The notes under the pieces were generated by a model that saw only the letters and a program-made list of their open reading frames with translations, was not told the DNA's origin and made no database searches. From positions 42,470,001-42,534,000 of the forward strand of contig CM114271.1 in assembly GCA_050084515.1 (NCBI GenBank): a DNA stretch of 64,000 nt. Direction: 5' to 3'. Both the position numbers and the translations under genes were made by a program. Below are positions 62,830 through 64,000 of this stretch, piece after piece. Within the stretch, counting starts at the first letter, position 1; each line of letters starts with the position of its first letter. The stretch is from Blasia pusilla (lineage: Eukaryota).

Positions 62830-63209
62830 CCGCGCATGTCTTCTTTTTCCTTTGTCATTCTATTGAAATAACTATTACTGAAATGATCGCAGGTTTTCTC
62901 GTTGGATCCACGGCATGTTGCGGTGCAGGGCCTTACGGGGGCGGCAATCGGTGCCTAACTCCTCTCATGGCGTGCTCCAATCCGTCGCAGTACGTCTGGT
63001 GGGATTTGTACCATCCTTCTCACCGTGCCAATCACTTCATAGCATCTCAAATCTGGAACGGCGTGGATCCTGCTTTCGAGATCAACACACCTGCTCCTTC
63101 ACCTTCTACCGATACCGGCGGTCTAAGCAACAGCACCATGCGCAAGCCTACCATCACCTTCATGACTCTTCAACAACTTGCGCTTCTTGACTTGGGCGAT
63201 ACGGACTGA
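61031..63209 (+). CDS. GDSL (SGNH) esterase/lipase, ~418 aa; exons 61031-61352, 61575-61699, 61889-62125, 62294-62549, 62893-63209
   Basis: Signal peptide; block I VYIFGDSTADSGNN; block II TGRFSNG; GANFASAGAG; block III GGNDY; GARKIVVLGIGPVGCAP; block V WWDLYHPS. Five-exon layout typical of plant GDSL genes, all GT-AG and in frame. Confidence 0.95.
62762..62833 (-). tRNA. trnF-GAA: tRNA-Phe (GAA), in intron 4 of the GDSL gene, antisense; one G short in the acceptor stem
   Basis: Reverse complement GCGGGATAGCTCAGTTGGGAGAGCGTCAGACTGAAGATCTGAAGGTCGCGTGTTCGATCCACGCTCACCGCA matches plant cytosolic tRNA-Phe, with intact A and B boxes. Confidence 0.92.
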
Positions 63210-63789
63210 TCTCAAGCTTCACAAACTCTTCATTTCAAATGGGCCCCAAAATAGCTCATGAGCTGCCGTAAGCGACTGAAATGGTTCACCGTGAACAATT
63301 TTTTCATGCAAGTCCATCTTAGTGTTATTCTTTATGGTCGATTTTCGCTTGGGCAGGAAGTCTCCGTTTTGAATGTAGGAAACCAACTTTGTATGAGTAA
63401 CAGAAAGTTAATTTCGCCATGAGTGCGGGCAGTCACGTTGAATGTCAATAAATGTACATGTTTCTATTCGGATTTGATCGATTGGGCCTGGCTGTGCGAA
63501 CGGGCCATCTGCGTAGACAATTTTGGGACACTCCGCAACATTTGCAGACATGAAAATCGGGACGAGGATATTTTTTACGAGACAGCAACCATCCTCTGAG
63601 AGTCCCGAGACGTGTGGAAGGTCCACACGGTATGAAAAGCATTGCATATACCCTGTGCATCCTCCCATGACATGAAATGCTTCCCCAGGTTTGGATTCAC
63701 CTTAACAGCACGAGGTCGAAACTGGGTCCATATCTAGTTGTCATCCGGAAATTGTCGATCCGAGTCCTTATTTCCTATAAGGATTACGG

Positions 63790-63877
63790 ATGTCGTACAT
63801 TCGTTCGAAGCTTTTCTTCTATCATCCGCTAATGTCGTACATTCGTTCGATGCTTTTCTTCTATCATCCGCTAATGT
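63790..63877. repeat. 42-bp tandem duplication
   Basis: ATGTCGTACATTCGTTCGA(A/T)GCTTTTCTTCTATCATCCGCTA x2 with one mismatch. Confidence 0.92.
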
Positions 63878-64000
63878 GGTATGTACTTAGTGGTCAAGGA
63901 AGAGCCTTTAACGGACCATGTTGAGTGGGCTCCGTATCTCACATAAACCAACACATGGTGGAAGAATTTCTCACATCGCACTGCAGGTAGCTTGGATATT

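Overview
Eukaryotic nuclear DNA, most likely from a non-seed land plant (inferred from plant-type genes with GT-AG introns, a canonical plant tRNA-Phe and the TE repertoire). Three intact spliced genes can be built exon by exon: an HNH endonuclease-domain gene (+, 7 exons), a convergent IDN2/FDM-family RdDM gene (-, zf-XS/XS/coiled-coil/XH, 6 coding exons) and a GDSL esterase/lipase (+, 5 exons) with an antisense tRNA-Phe in intron 4. The rest is mostly nested, decayed TEs: Ty1/copia copies, a hAT transposon with intact TSDs, a hAT MITE, two Helitron ends, LINE 3' ends and CRE-like RLE non-LTR elements. The main finding is a decayed Ty3/gypsy retrotransposon (about 25.6-33.8 kb, minus strand) whose pol carries a DNMT3-like C5 cytosine methyltransferase domain between protease and RT, plus a PHD finger after the integrase. 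Two more remnants of the same lineage lie in the window. All calls come from reading motifs by eye; no database searches were run.
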